From NCBI RefSeq assembly GCF_001194135.2, contig NC_068987.1, forward strand, positions 99,462,678-99,526,677: 64,000 nt of DNA, in the 5' to 3' direction. This document shows positions 37,489-48,790 of the stretch, in pieces (within the stretch, counting starts at the first letter, position 1; every line of letters starts with the position of its first letter). A program made the translations under genes and the position numbers. This DNA comes from Octopus bimaculoides. Taxonomy: Eukaryota. The notes below the pieces were generated by a model. That model was not told the DNA's origin. It made no database searches and saw nothing but the letters and a program-made list of their open reading frames with translations.

Positions 37489-40160
37489 GTAAAATAATAA
37501 TTAATTAGTTTAATGTACACAGATGCAGCGTATATTGCGTTTATTAAATAATACACACGGACACGCAAATGCACACACACATGCACACACACACACACAT
37601 ATATATATACATAGACGCATGTATATATATGTATATATATATATATATATATANNNNNNNNNNNNNNNNNNNNNNNNNNNNNNNNNNNNNNNNNNNNNNN
37701 NNNNNNNNNNNNNNNNNNNNNNNNNNNNNNNNNNNNNNNNNNNNNNNNNNNNNNNNNNNNNNNNNNNNNNNNNNNNNNNNNNNNNNNNNNNNNNNNNNNN
37801 NNNNNNNNNNNNNNNNNNNNNNNNNNNNNNNNNNNNNNNNNNNNNNNNNNNNNNNNNNNNNNNNNNNNNNNNNNNNNNNNNNNNNNNNNNNNNNNNNNNN
37901 NNNNNNNNNNNNNNNNNNNNNNNNNNNNNNNNNNNNNNNNNNNNNNNNNNNNNNNNNNNNNNNNNNNNNNNNNNNNNNNNNNNNNNNNNNNNNNNNNNNN
38001 NNNNNNNNNNNNNNNNNNNNNNNNNNNNNNNNNNNNNNNNNNNNNNNNNNNNNNNNNNNNNNNNNNNNNNNNNNNNNNNNNNNNNNNNNNNNNNNNNNNN
38101 NNNNNNNNNNNNNNNNNNNNNNNNNNNNNNNNNNNNNNNNNNNNNNNNNNNNNNNNNNNNNNNNNNNNNNNNNNNNNNNNNNNNNNNNNNNNNNNNNNNN
38201 NNNNNNNNNNNNNNNNNNNNNNNNNNNNNNNNNNNNNNNNNNNNNNNNNNNNNNNNNNNNNNNNNNNNNNNNNNNNNNNNNNNNNNNNNNNNNNNNNNNN
38301 NNNNNNNNNNNNNNNNNNNNNNNNNNNNNNNNNNNNNNNNNNNNNNNNNNNNNNNNNNNNNNNNNNNNNNNNNNNNNNNNNNNNNNNNNNNNNNNNNNNN
38401 NNNNNNNNNNNNNNNNNATATATATATATATATATATATATATATAGCATCACCCTCCCGAGGATAGCCTAGTGTGGGTGCCGGTGTATTTGCCGACAAC
38501 CAGACCATACAAGTTGTACTGGATTCCATGTTATCAGTAGCACTTGTAAGAGCCTTATAAGTAACCTAACATACGCATATACATATATTCAATGCTTACA
38601 TACTTCCATAGATAGATGTATACATAGAAACATGCTTACTTATGTAGATACTTACATATGCATGTTTATGTTTTCGATGTTTATCTGTGTAATTGTCTTT
38701 TGTTCTGGAAAAACTTAACTACATTTCCTTAATGGCAGAAATGAATTTTTGTGTTCTTAACAAACTGTCTTTTTACAAGAATGAACAAAATTATATTATT
38801 GAAGTAAAAGAAAATTATTCGAAGATATCTCATTTTATCCGTGGGATATAATATATTCAATATGACATGCTATTAATCAGCATCCAAAACATTCACCGCT
38901 AGAGGTATACTTCAAAAGAAGAAAAAATGATAATGTACACATATACCGAAACACATGCAATAATTTACGCATTGTGCATATGCGAAAGCTAACATGAATT
39001 TTTCATTAACTAGACTTCTTTACCAGTATCGATAATCACAAATACAGGTGTATGTTTCTCATTCAACCGTAACTCTTCTTATATATAGCGTTCGTAATTT
39101 TCGATATTTTCTGCGAACGTTTCAGAAGACTTACTGAGTTATCACAGCTGGGCACGGAGCTATTAACTTTCGAGCATCAGATATTCTAAGTTAATGGGCT
39201 TATGTTTGCTTTCCAGCAATCAAAATGCTGCCTGGTTTTTCGATATTTCAACTAAGTCAAGACGCAAATCAGTGGAGAGAGATTCTGTTGATAGTGCATG
39301 AGGTTTTCGGTTGTACATATTTTTACTGAATATAGTAGGTTATTACCGATCGAATGAAGTTTCGACAGAAGTGTTATTCTCATAGCACTTCTGTTTCGTG
39401 TTCCTGACGATGGTTTCCCAGCATGGCCCCAGGACTGTAAGAAAATAAGAGGTGACTGAAAAGTGACGCTTATTATGATAAGCAGAGACATTCATGTATA
39501 GAAATGTTAAATTCACACGATAATCTTGAGCACAATATGAATTGATTTAAATGCAAATTGATATTGAATGTAAATACAGCGTCGATTTAACAGAAGATAA
39601 GTAATAATAATTCTGTTCAAATATCTATTTGGCTGACTGGTGAATATTAAACTGGAAATAGTTAAATGTTAATGCAGGGAAATATATCAATAGTAAATAT
39701 ATCAGTGTATACATCAAAAGTATATTTTGAAAATTCAAAACCGTTTACGAATGTTGAAAATATTTTCTAAACAAACCATAAAAACATCTAACATGAATAA
39801 TCTAAGAACAAAATATAGGTAAACTTCAGTCATTTTGCTTACCATCCACTTAGTGTTGAGTCCAATATTAAGGTCAAAATCAGATGGTATTCGTTAATAC
39901 ACTCTGAATTCTAATAAAAGAAAATTTGCTTCACAATCAAACTAGATTTAAATTTGTTTGGCACTCCTCCTGACGACGGTTAAGAGTTCGAAATGCATGC
40001 ATACATCAGTCCTAAGGTGACTATGTTGTTTTAATGCATGTTTCTCTTCAGCGTGGGTACTTTACCCATGTGAAACGGAAGTAAAATGAACTTTACAAGT
40101 TCAAATACGAGCTTGTTTTCAATTTGCTTATTCCTAGACATTCCTCCCTGTACGTAATCG

Positions 40161-40191
<31 letters not shown>

Positions 40192-40723
40192 NNNNNNNNN
40201 NNNNNNNNNNNNNNNNNNNNATACGGGGGGGGGATGTCAAGGTAGAAAATGCTAAAATAATTTTATAAAAAAAAAAAACATTTCAGTGCCGGTTTCAATA
40301 ATTGAAACTTTTTCAACTGTAAGTATGGAAACTATTAGATTTTGGAAAAAAATAAAATTTTGGAAATTTGAATGTATTAAGAGTTACCGTGGAATTCATT
40401 AAAACAGTTCCAATCACTGCTATAATCCATAACGAGCCACTTTTAGGTCACTTGATCATTTAACATCCTATTACTATCATACCATCCCGCATTCCGTTAT
40501 CATTCTCTCTTCTTTCTTTTTCCTTCTTCTTCGTCTTCTTCCTCTCCGCCACCTTCTTTCTAACTTTATTAATACTGCTGTTTAGAATAACACCTATACA
40601 AATATTATGAACAATACATTCAAAAAAGGAATCTCAAGAATTCAATCACTACTACCATCCACAACAAGTCACGTCAGGGCACGTGACCATTTAACATCTT
40701 ACTACTATCATAGCACTCCCGCA

Positions 40724-40807
40724 TTCTTCTTCTTCTTCTTCTTCTTCTTCTTCTTCTTCTTCTTCTTCTTCTTCTTCTTCTTCTTCTTCTTCTTCTTCTT
40801 CTTCTTC
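40724..40807. repeat. (TTC)n microsatellite
   Basis: Directly visible; source of the poly-F and poly-K ORFs. Confidence 0.97.
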
Positions 40808-41829
40808 GCCAAGAATTCAAAAGAATAAAGAAGAGGGAGACAGAGACAGGCAGAAATAAGGAAAAAAACGTCTTGTATTTGGATACTATGCAAATATTCT
40901 TTTAAAAAATGTTCATCTAATTTTTCCAAAATCTAATTGTTTTCCATACTTACAGTAGAAGAAGTCTCAATGACTGAAACCNNNNNNNNNNNNNNNNNNN
41001 NNNNNNNNNNNNNNNNNNNNNNNNNNNNNNNNNNNNNNNNNNNNNNNNNNNNNNNNNNNNNNNNNNNNNNNNNNNNNNNNNNNNNNNNNNNNNNNNNNNN
41101 NNNNNNNNNNNNNNNNNNNNNNNNNNNNNNNNNNNNNNNNNNNNNNNNNNNNNNNNNNNNNNNNNNNNNNNNNNNNNNNNNNNNNNNNNNNNNNNNNNNN
41201 NNNNNNNNNNNNNNNNNNNNNNNNNNNNNNNNNNNNNNNNNNNNNNNNNNNNNNNNNNNNNNNNNNNNNNNNNNNNNNNNNNNNNNNNNNNNNNNNNNNN
41301 NNNNNNNNNNNNNNNNNNNNNNNNNNNNNNNNNNNNNNNNNNNNNNNNNNNNNNNNNNNNNNNNNNNNNNNNNNNNNNNNNNNNNNNNNNNNNNNNNNNN
41401 NNNNNNNNNNNNNNNNNNNNNNNNNNNNNNNNNNNNNNNNNNNNNNNNNNNNNNNNNNNNNNNNNNNNNNNNNNNNNNNNNNNNNNNNNNNNNNNNNNNN
41501 NNNNNNNNNNNNNNNNNNNNNNNNNNNNNNNNNNNNNNNNNNNNNNNNNNNNNNNNNNNNNNNNNNNNNNNNNNNNNNNNNNNNNNNNNNNNNNNNNNNN
41601 NNNNNNNNNNNNNNNNNNNNNNNNNNNNNNNNNNNNNNNNNNNNNNNNNNNNNNNNNNNNNNNNNNNNNNNNNNNNNNNNNNNNNNNNNNNNNNNNNNNN
41701 NNNNNNNNNNNNNNNNNNNNNNNNNNNNNNNNNNNNNNNNNNNNNNNNNNNNNNNATATATGAATATATACATATATGTAAATACCGGCATATACATGTT
41801 TATATGCATGCATATATGGGTACAGGATA

Positions 41830-43660
41830 TCAAAAGGACGTTAAACAATGAGAAACGAAAACATACAAAACGAACTTGTTTTCGATCAACGAAAAGAACA
41901 AACAGAGAATCGAGATATGTAACATAAAGAATATTCCCCTACATCAGTTGTTCCTGTTTCATCTACTCCGCGTTTTGAAGGTAAGGACAATACGCAACTT
42001 CGTTCAAACAGTCCTTCCGGCAAAGCAAGTTAAATATAATTTGGGTTCTTTTGCGGAAGGTGAAAGTGGTAACAAGAACAGGACAGTGAGAACAAGACAG
42101 TTAAAACAAACGGTGGAGGAATTTCAACCATGTTTCGTGGTCTGCTACCACAACAGCTCCTTTATAGGATCCAGTTAGCTGAAGACATCATCAGGAGGAT
42201 CCACGTCCGGCTTCGGCCCCTACTCCTGTACCGTTTTGACGTGGCGGAGCCACCCCCTTTCGGAGGTGTCTTCAGCTCTGGTGTTGGGTGCATGTCTTCT
42301 TTCACTGTTTGTGACTGTTCTAATTCAACTATGGAATGTCCCTCGCTATGGTTATTTTCCAGGAGGTTCTGGCCACACGTCTTACGGTTCATCAACCCGC
42401 GTTGAGCCAAGACGATACAAAAATTTTTTTATGAACGCAAGGAGAACGAGCCATGAGAAGAGACAGGCAAGAGCACGTCTTGTCTTTAGGAAAGAAATAG
42501 ACAGAAAGATAGATCCCCTATATATTACTGTTGATACTGTCTGTAACTGCTATCCTGACTGATCTTATGATTTTTTCATCTTCGAATATATCGCATGTTA
42601 ACCTTATGAATATCACCATTCGTTTTCCTGAATCTTGAATGAATTTCTGTCTACCCAAATTTAGATCAAAATGAATGTTCAATACTGTGACATACTACGG
42701 ATCTTGCAACATGAATGCTTGTAATACTGCTCAGAGTAATTTATTCTTCTGCAAAAATCTTCTGTGTCTTTATATAGTAATCGAAATATATCTCTCTACA
42801 GGTATCAGTCGAAATGAGGTGCAGAAAGAAAATTAGCCTGATGATCATTCGCCCGATAGGAGAAATATCAATATTAGCGGGTACATTACCAGTAAATGAT
42901 GTACGATAGCCTGTACATGCTGGCAATCTTTTCTTCCCATAAATTGGTTTGGTTGGTGATCAAACAATAGAATCAGTGATATATATTTAGTCACTTCTGA
43001 CCAAGAAGCAGTGCATCACTCACGGTTTGTGGACTGAAATTAGTTTGATGTTAATATTTTGGGAGTTTTTTTTTATAATTAAGGACTTTTTAGAAGGCTC
43101 CAATACCTTTATAAATAACTTACTGGAGTTACACAACTCCGGTATTGTAGGATGTGAACTCGTTTACTGATCGTTAAGCAGTTCCGGGAATAGATTGATT
43201 TCATGTCATAATCGTTATTATAGCTTTCGTGGTGATGGATTTTATTGTTTTGTTAGACGTTATATATTAACGTATTTTATAAGTAGCTCATTTTAGATCT
43301 ATTATTATGTTGGTAACAAGAGCTCATGCGGCCAAATTTCTTGATTGATTTATCTATTCTGGAATCTGGTTAAATATCTGTGTGCAGTATCAACAAATCA
43401 CTGATGATGTTAGTTAACTGCTACGTAAAGAAATTCTTCATAAATGTAGGCGTTAATCCCAAAACATATTTACATTCAATTAACGTATCTGGGAGCAGAA
43501 ACTTTGGACTGCTATCCGTTTCAATATTGTTGGTGACTTCAGTTGTATTTTTTTGGAGTATAGCAGACTTGAAATTACTTAAAACAAAGTTCATAATAAC
43601 TGATATGCATATTATCAGACACTTCCCAAGTACTAGAAAATAGAGCTTTTGTAGCATCCG
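41830..43660 (-). mobile_element. Decayed Penelope-like element: RT remnants (about 42600-43660) followed by a pLTR-like region with a hammerhead core (42124-42196)
   Basis: Minus frames: NVPANIDISPIG (cf. PLRPIIS..G), HQANFLSA, LYKDTEDFCRRIN (cf. YIKD..DF), KFIQDSGKRM (cf. Y.Q..G.AMG). A CUGAUGA...GAAAC core lies downstream on the same strand. LEIREALHI at about 44232 (+) resembles a GIY-YIG C-terminus in inverted orientation. Confidence 0.45.
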
Positions 43661-45088
43661 CCACCGATCCGTCCACTATATATGATCCAAAGGAAATCTA
43701 ATTAGTCACAAAAGCATCTAGTAATAGATTGATGTTTTATATACTAAAATATTTTTGAGAATATTGGACAAAACATTATAATAAATATGATTTATGCAAA
43801 ATTTTAAGCCACTAAATTTATAGTCTAAAACCCACAACAAAAGAGCATCAGTCTAAATTTCCTGCAAGTCGGCTTCACAACAAGTCAACCAGTATATCTC
43901 GCCTGTATCAACTATACTACTGGGCAAAGCATACACATTATATAATATGCAGCAAGCATTCTCCTAGTTATCCAATATAACAGATTCTCATTTCAATGAG
44001 GACACCCCAAAAAGGTGTGCAACCAACAACAACTACAATGGGGATAGGATATTTCTATTTATCGGAGTACATCTTAGAAAAAATTGCTAAGTCAGAAATT
44101 AGACGTTATACGATGTATAACTGGCCCGAGTACAACATCATTAATCTAACGACATTTCTAAGTTAAACCCAGAGGTCCAATAGGAAACCTCAGATTACCA
44201 AGCCGTTATTTCACTAGCACGTTTCAAAACATTGGAAATTAGAGAGGCGTTACACATATTAATTGCAGATACAGTAATAGCCTCCACATGCTCAAGAGAA
44301 TGTGTAAATACCTTAACAAAAATGTATTACACCAAAGGTATAAAAATCAAACACATTTTCAGGAATACCTGAACAATATAAACAATTTAAGAATTTCAGG
44401 AGATTTTAGCAATTAAATAAAGATAAACCGAATACAATAAATTGTGCAAATAAATTTGATGCAACATAAAATGCGTGTGAAAAGTATTAAAATATTCGTA
44501 AACAAAAGAGATGACTAGGCTTACAAGTGGGATACGTTCAAATGTAGACATGTGCGGGTAAATGAAAGAATGTATTTGAGTTTCTTTATTTGTGTATGTG
44601 TACAAATCACATGATACAAGTGTGTGGGTGTGTCTGTCTGTCTGTGTGTGTGTTTATACATGCAATTGCATACGAATCGAAATACGCAATCATAGATACT
44701 AATCCAAACAAGATGACCGGTATTATGAATATTGGAACGACACAGATTTTAGGAAGTATGGGTTCGAACTTTTGAAAAATTCACTATTAGATTTGAGAAA
44801 TTAAAGCGTAGCACTAGTGAATGCACACTAGAAATTCCTAAACGAACGAGGAAATGTTCTTAATAGTGTCATATGTGTGGATGATAGGAGTTTCACAAAT
44901 TGATGAACCAGTTATTTATTAATCAAAGAATTATTTAATTAATAATTAGATAGATGCGACAATTAAATATTGTGCGCAGGTTATGAGTAGCTTAATACTC
45001 CGAAAAGAAAAGATTTTTTTTGCAAAGACAAAAAAGAATTTGCAATACCCACACATAAATTCCTACATACTTGTATGCAACCATATAT

Positions 45089-45128
<40 letters not shown>

Positions 45129-46559
45129 ACATATATATATATATATATATATAAACCTGTATGCAAGCACATATGTTTTACATGTAAATTAGATACGAGT
45201 ACGGACATAAAGTCACACATGCATTTGTTTACGCACAAAAACCATCATACATATATAATAGCTAATACTATACACCCAAAATATGCACCGCAGGTTTTAG
45301 TGTAGTGAACTTCATTTGAATGTGGTTCCGCCTAAGTTCCTTGCAACTGCTTCCCCCAAATACAAAGTTATATAAAATGTATATCACACCAGTCAAAAAT
45401 TTGAAAATGCCACTTCAGGAACCTAGATACTTACACACTCGACATACCATGCATGGTTACTGCATTTCTATACTAAGTTGGTTTCATCTCAGTTTTGCCA
45501 AATAAGCAATTTGAGAAAAACGAATCAAACGTATAAATAGATCATGTCAAAGTGACCGAAAAAGAAAAGAAATGATTTGCCAAACATCGACCTTCTTTTC
45601 GGTACATGCACAAGAAAAATAACACTAAGGTACCTAGCAACATCTGAGGAGTGACAATCCAAATCATTCCACACATCATCAAGTGACACATTGTAAAGTG
45701 ATCTATGCCATGCAATAATGGGTCAAAGAGATACAGGCTTTGTATAACTGCAATAAGAAAAAAAAATACACTTATTCTATTTAAGTATAAGTAATTCATC
45801 GACCTGCTATATTCGAGATCGGAAATTTCGGGAAGTATCTTCACAAGTTTCTAATATTGGACACCACACTCCTCACATTGTGCATACTATCTTACAAAAT
45901 TTAGCCTTTAATCCAACCAAAACTAGTTAAATCAAAAATAAACTGGGCTATGCTTTCTTTCTACCGGCCAAAAGGGTTACAAAACTTATCTCTCTACCCC
46001 GTTAAAGTTTCCTTTTCATTCCCTTTTCTGTTTCTTTCGTTCTTTCCCGCTTTTCCTCAGAGAGCAGACATATTTATCTTGAGCTCGGATGATTGCAAGA
46101 TTGTACGATTGTACACGGCACAATGTACAACCACGTCTAATTACTGCATTATCTGCAAATGAATTTTGTATTAAGTTCCATTGAAACCCGATGTTAAACT
46201 ACAGATTGAATGTGAATAGCAATGTATGTTTATGCTAATGCATGTGCGTGCATGGACGTGTACTCACAAACGCATCTGAACTAAATATGTTCAAAGGTTT
46301 TCTAAGGAAATATGATCATATAAATTCAAGCCAACGTAGTTTTAAAGTCTTAAACGCGTACATTTCTAACATATGGTTATTTATAACATTTTCGTCTATT
46401 GTTTTGAACATATTTCTTATATTATATTTTGTCATATTTCATGCAGAGGTTGACCGCCACCTGTACCAATACCTTAGCACCATCACGGTATCTGATGTGG
46501 CATTTAAAACCAGACAATATCTTGAAAAGGCACCTACATAAACTGCACATCCAATTTGG

Positions 46560-46965
46560 ACCACCGCGAGCTGCAGATAAGTTCTAATTTTTGTGAATCT
46601 TAAAATGTCTTTTAAGGCTTCGTTAGATTTGCATACCTTCTGGCATACATTGCATTCAAAGGTGTGCACATACATATAGGTAGAATAGCTGGTGGAGGTT
46701 CGTTTTCATGGGTCTGCAAATGTGTTTTGAGCCGAGCAAAAGAAAAGAATGGTCTGTCACAAACTGTGCACACAAAAAGGTCATTGTCATTCACCTTCTT
46801 CATCGTAACATTCTTCCTGAGATCTCTTTTGAGTCTTACATGCGTGATCTTGGCCTCTTCAAATGCGTTCGCTCCACTCCACACATGTGTGCGCCATCCA
46901 GGAATGTTTATTTTTCGCAAGTTATTTGATTTTCCGATGGGTGGATCTCAGGCATTGTAACATAG
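46560..46965 (-). pseudogene. RTE LINE ORF 3' end with C2H2 zinc-finger(s)
   Basis: NLRKINIPGWRTHVWSGANAFEEAKITHVRLKRDLRK (RTE C-terminal signature), then CTVCDRPFFSFARLKTHLQTH and, after a frameshift, CNVCQKVCKSNEALK. Confidence 0.7.
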
Positions 46966-47085
46966 AGAATATATATTAATTGAAAAATGGAAATAATTTA
47001 ACAGTGTTTTCTTCAGTACTAATACTGGACATGAATACGCTTGGAATAAAGAAATAAGTTCGAAATATGTTTGAGGGATGAAATA

Positions 47086-47901
47086 TCTACTATATATGCG
47101 GAAAATCGGTGTGTGTTTGTTGGTGGAGTTGTTAGCTCACTCCTCCTACACCGTTTTATTGATTTTGATGAAACATGACACGAGAGTAGAACTCAAATCT
47201 GGAAACCTCGTGACATACTTAGATTTTTGAAAAATGGATAATACGACCCCTGCGAGGGACCTTTATATCTCACTTATATAATAATGTTTTTCTAAACACC
47301 CAAGGGAAATAAGTCATACCACCTACAGAATATTTTTTAAGCACTCAAGGGAAATCACCCATTTAATTGTTTATGTTCGACGATTTGAACCAACGATCAC
47401 CCGACTTAATTCTGCATTTCACCACTCACAGTTTTGAACTGCTATACATTAATTATTGCACTTCCTTAATTTGAGTCTCTTCATTCATACATTTCTATAC
47501 ATACTGCATTTTTACAGTTACACTTTCTCTATGATAGTAGTTAACAGTTTTCCCACAACATATTTGTAGTTGTTTCATGCAGGCATAGCGTGGATTCGAA
47601 CCTCGATTGCCAACTTTCACTTAACACTCCAACAGTGCCTTTCGCACGGTAAAACAATAGTTTTTTTTTCTGTGAATGACAGCAGTTATACGTTTCCCAG
47701 ATGTCTCCGTTATGCAGAATAATGTATTTGCCACTTGACACGTCTAACCTCCTCTAGATGACCAGGGGCTAGAATGGAGATAACAGACCTCCAACGAAAT
47801 CATTTGTTCTCAACAATATGTCTATCCTTCTGGCTACGTTTCGATAGTTATAAAAACTAGAACACCGTAACTTAAATTCAGTTACTGACAGCGACCACTA
47901 G
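47086..47901 (+). mobile_element. Probable non-autonomous Helitron-like element
   Basis: Starts TCTACTATATATG followed by GTGTGTTTGT and GATTTTGATGAAAC; ends with a GTAACT...AGTTAC hairpin and CCACTAG|T. Confidence 0.4.
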
Positions 47902-48299
47902 TGAGTGAGAACATTATTATTACACTTTATTTCTAACAATTCATTCATATATTTCTATACATATATGCTACATTCATATATTACCTTGAATAAATTAGCC
48001 TTCATAAAGTTCACCTTCAAAATGCCACGACGAATCAGAGTACGACTGGGTGCCTCTACTTCACAAACTGCTCTAATGCGACATCGGCGATCTCAAGTAA
48101 GTCTCTGATTCACTGTTTCATGTTTACAAAATAAGACAATTATTCAATATCAAAACACTTATATACATATTATTGTAATTAATTTACACATTGCATTAAC
48201 AGATATTTTTCCAACAGCTCCAAATAACTAAATGTTGTAACTAAATGCTGCCAATGCTTGCAGGATTTTCAATTAAATTTCATTACACTATGAATGCCC

Positions 48300-48790
48300 A
48301 TAACTCCGATGTCGGACATACAAGTTAATTGATACAGTACTCCACACGAATGATGCTCTTCATTCCTCAGTAGCCTTGCACCTTCAGGTCTATCACCGCA
48401 TGAATTGCGTCCAAATGCTGGAGCCCCAGTTTTGCTTTTAAGAAACCTCGATCCTCCAAAATTATGCAATGGCACAACATTTATTATCAAAACATTGATG
48501 CAAATAGTACTGGAGGCAACAATACTGATTGGGAAAGAAAGTGGTGAAGATGTTTTCATTCCAAAGATACCTGACATTCCTTCCGACACACAAATTGATT
48601 TCAAAAGGTTACAATTCCCACCGAGATTAAGCTTTACAATGAGCATCAACAAAGCACAGGGCCAGACAATGGAAGTAGTACGCTTTAATCTTGCAGTACC
48701 TGTATTTTCTCATGGACGCTCTAGAGTTGGAAATCCGGAAAATTTATTCCTCTATGCACCTAACGGCAAAACCAAAATTATTATATAACA
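48300..48790 (+). pseudogene. Helitron PIF1-like helicase C-terminal fragment
   Basis: SLAPSGLSPHEL..GAPVLLLRNLDPPKLCNGT...GEDVFIPKI...FKRLQFPPRLSFTMSINKAQGQT...VFSHG-RSRVG (QLYVA segment deleted). Confidence 0.92.

Noticed and set aside
40033-40051. CUGAAGA directly followed by GAAAC on the minus strand
   Set aside because: No stem II between the core halves, so it cannot fold as a hammerhead.
1639-41851. Long ORFs of 150-360 aa in the track (e.g. 1639-2547, 11052-11636, 32235-33165, 33707-34805, 37464-38529, 40937-41851)
   Set aside because: They are open only because they run through N gaps.
46439-46920. Host C2H2 zinc-finger gene
   Set aside because: The upstream residues match the RTE LINE C-terminus, there are frameshifts, and there are no TGEKP linkers or splice structure.
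47380-47620. tRNA genes suggested by GGATTCGAACC / GATTTGAACC B-box words (also about 6810 and 52510)
   Set aside because: No cloverleaf; these are most likely decayed SINE heads.
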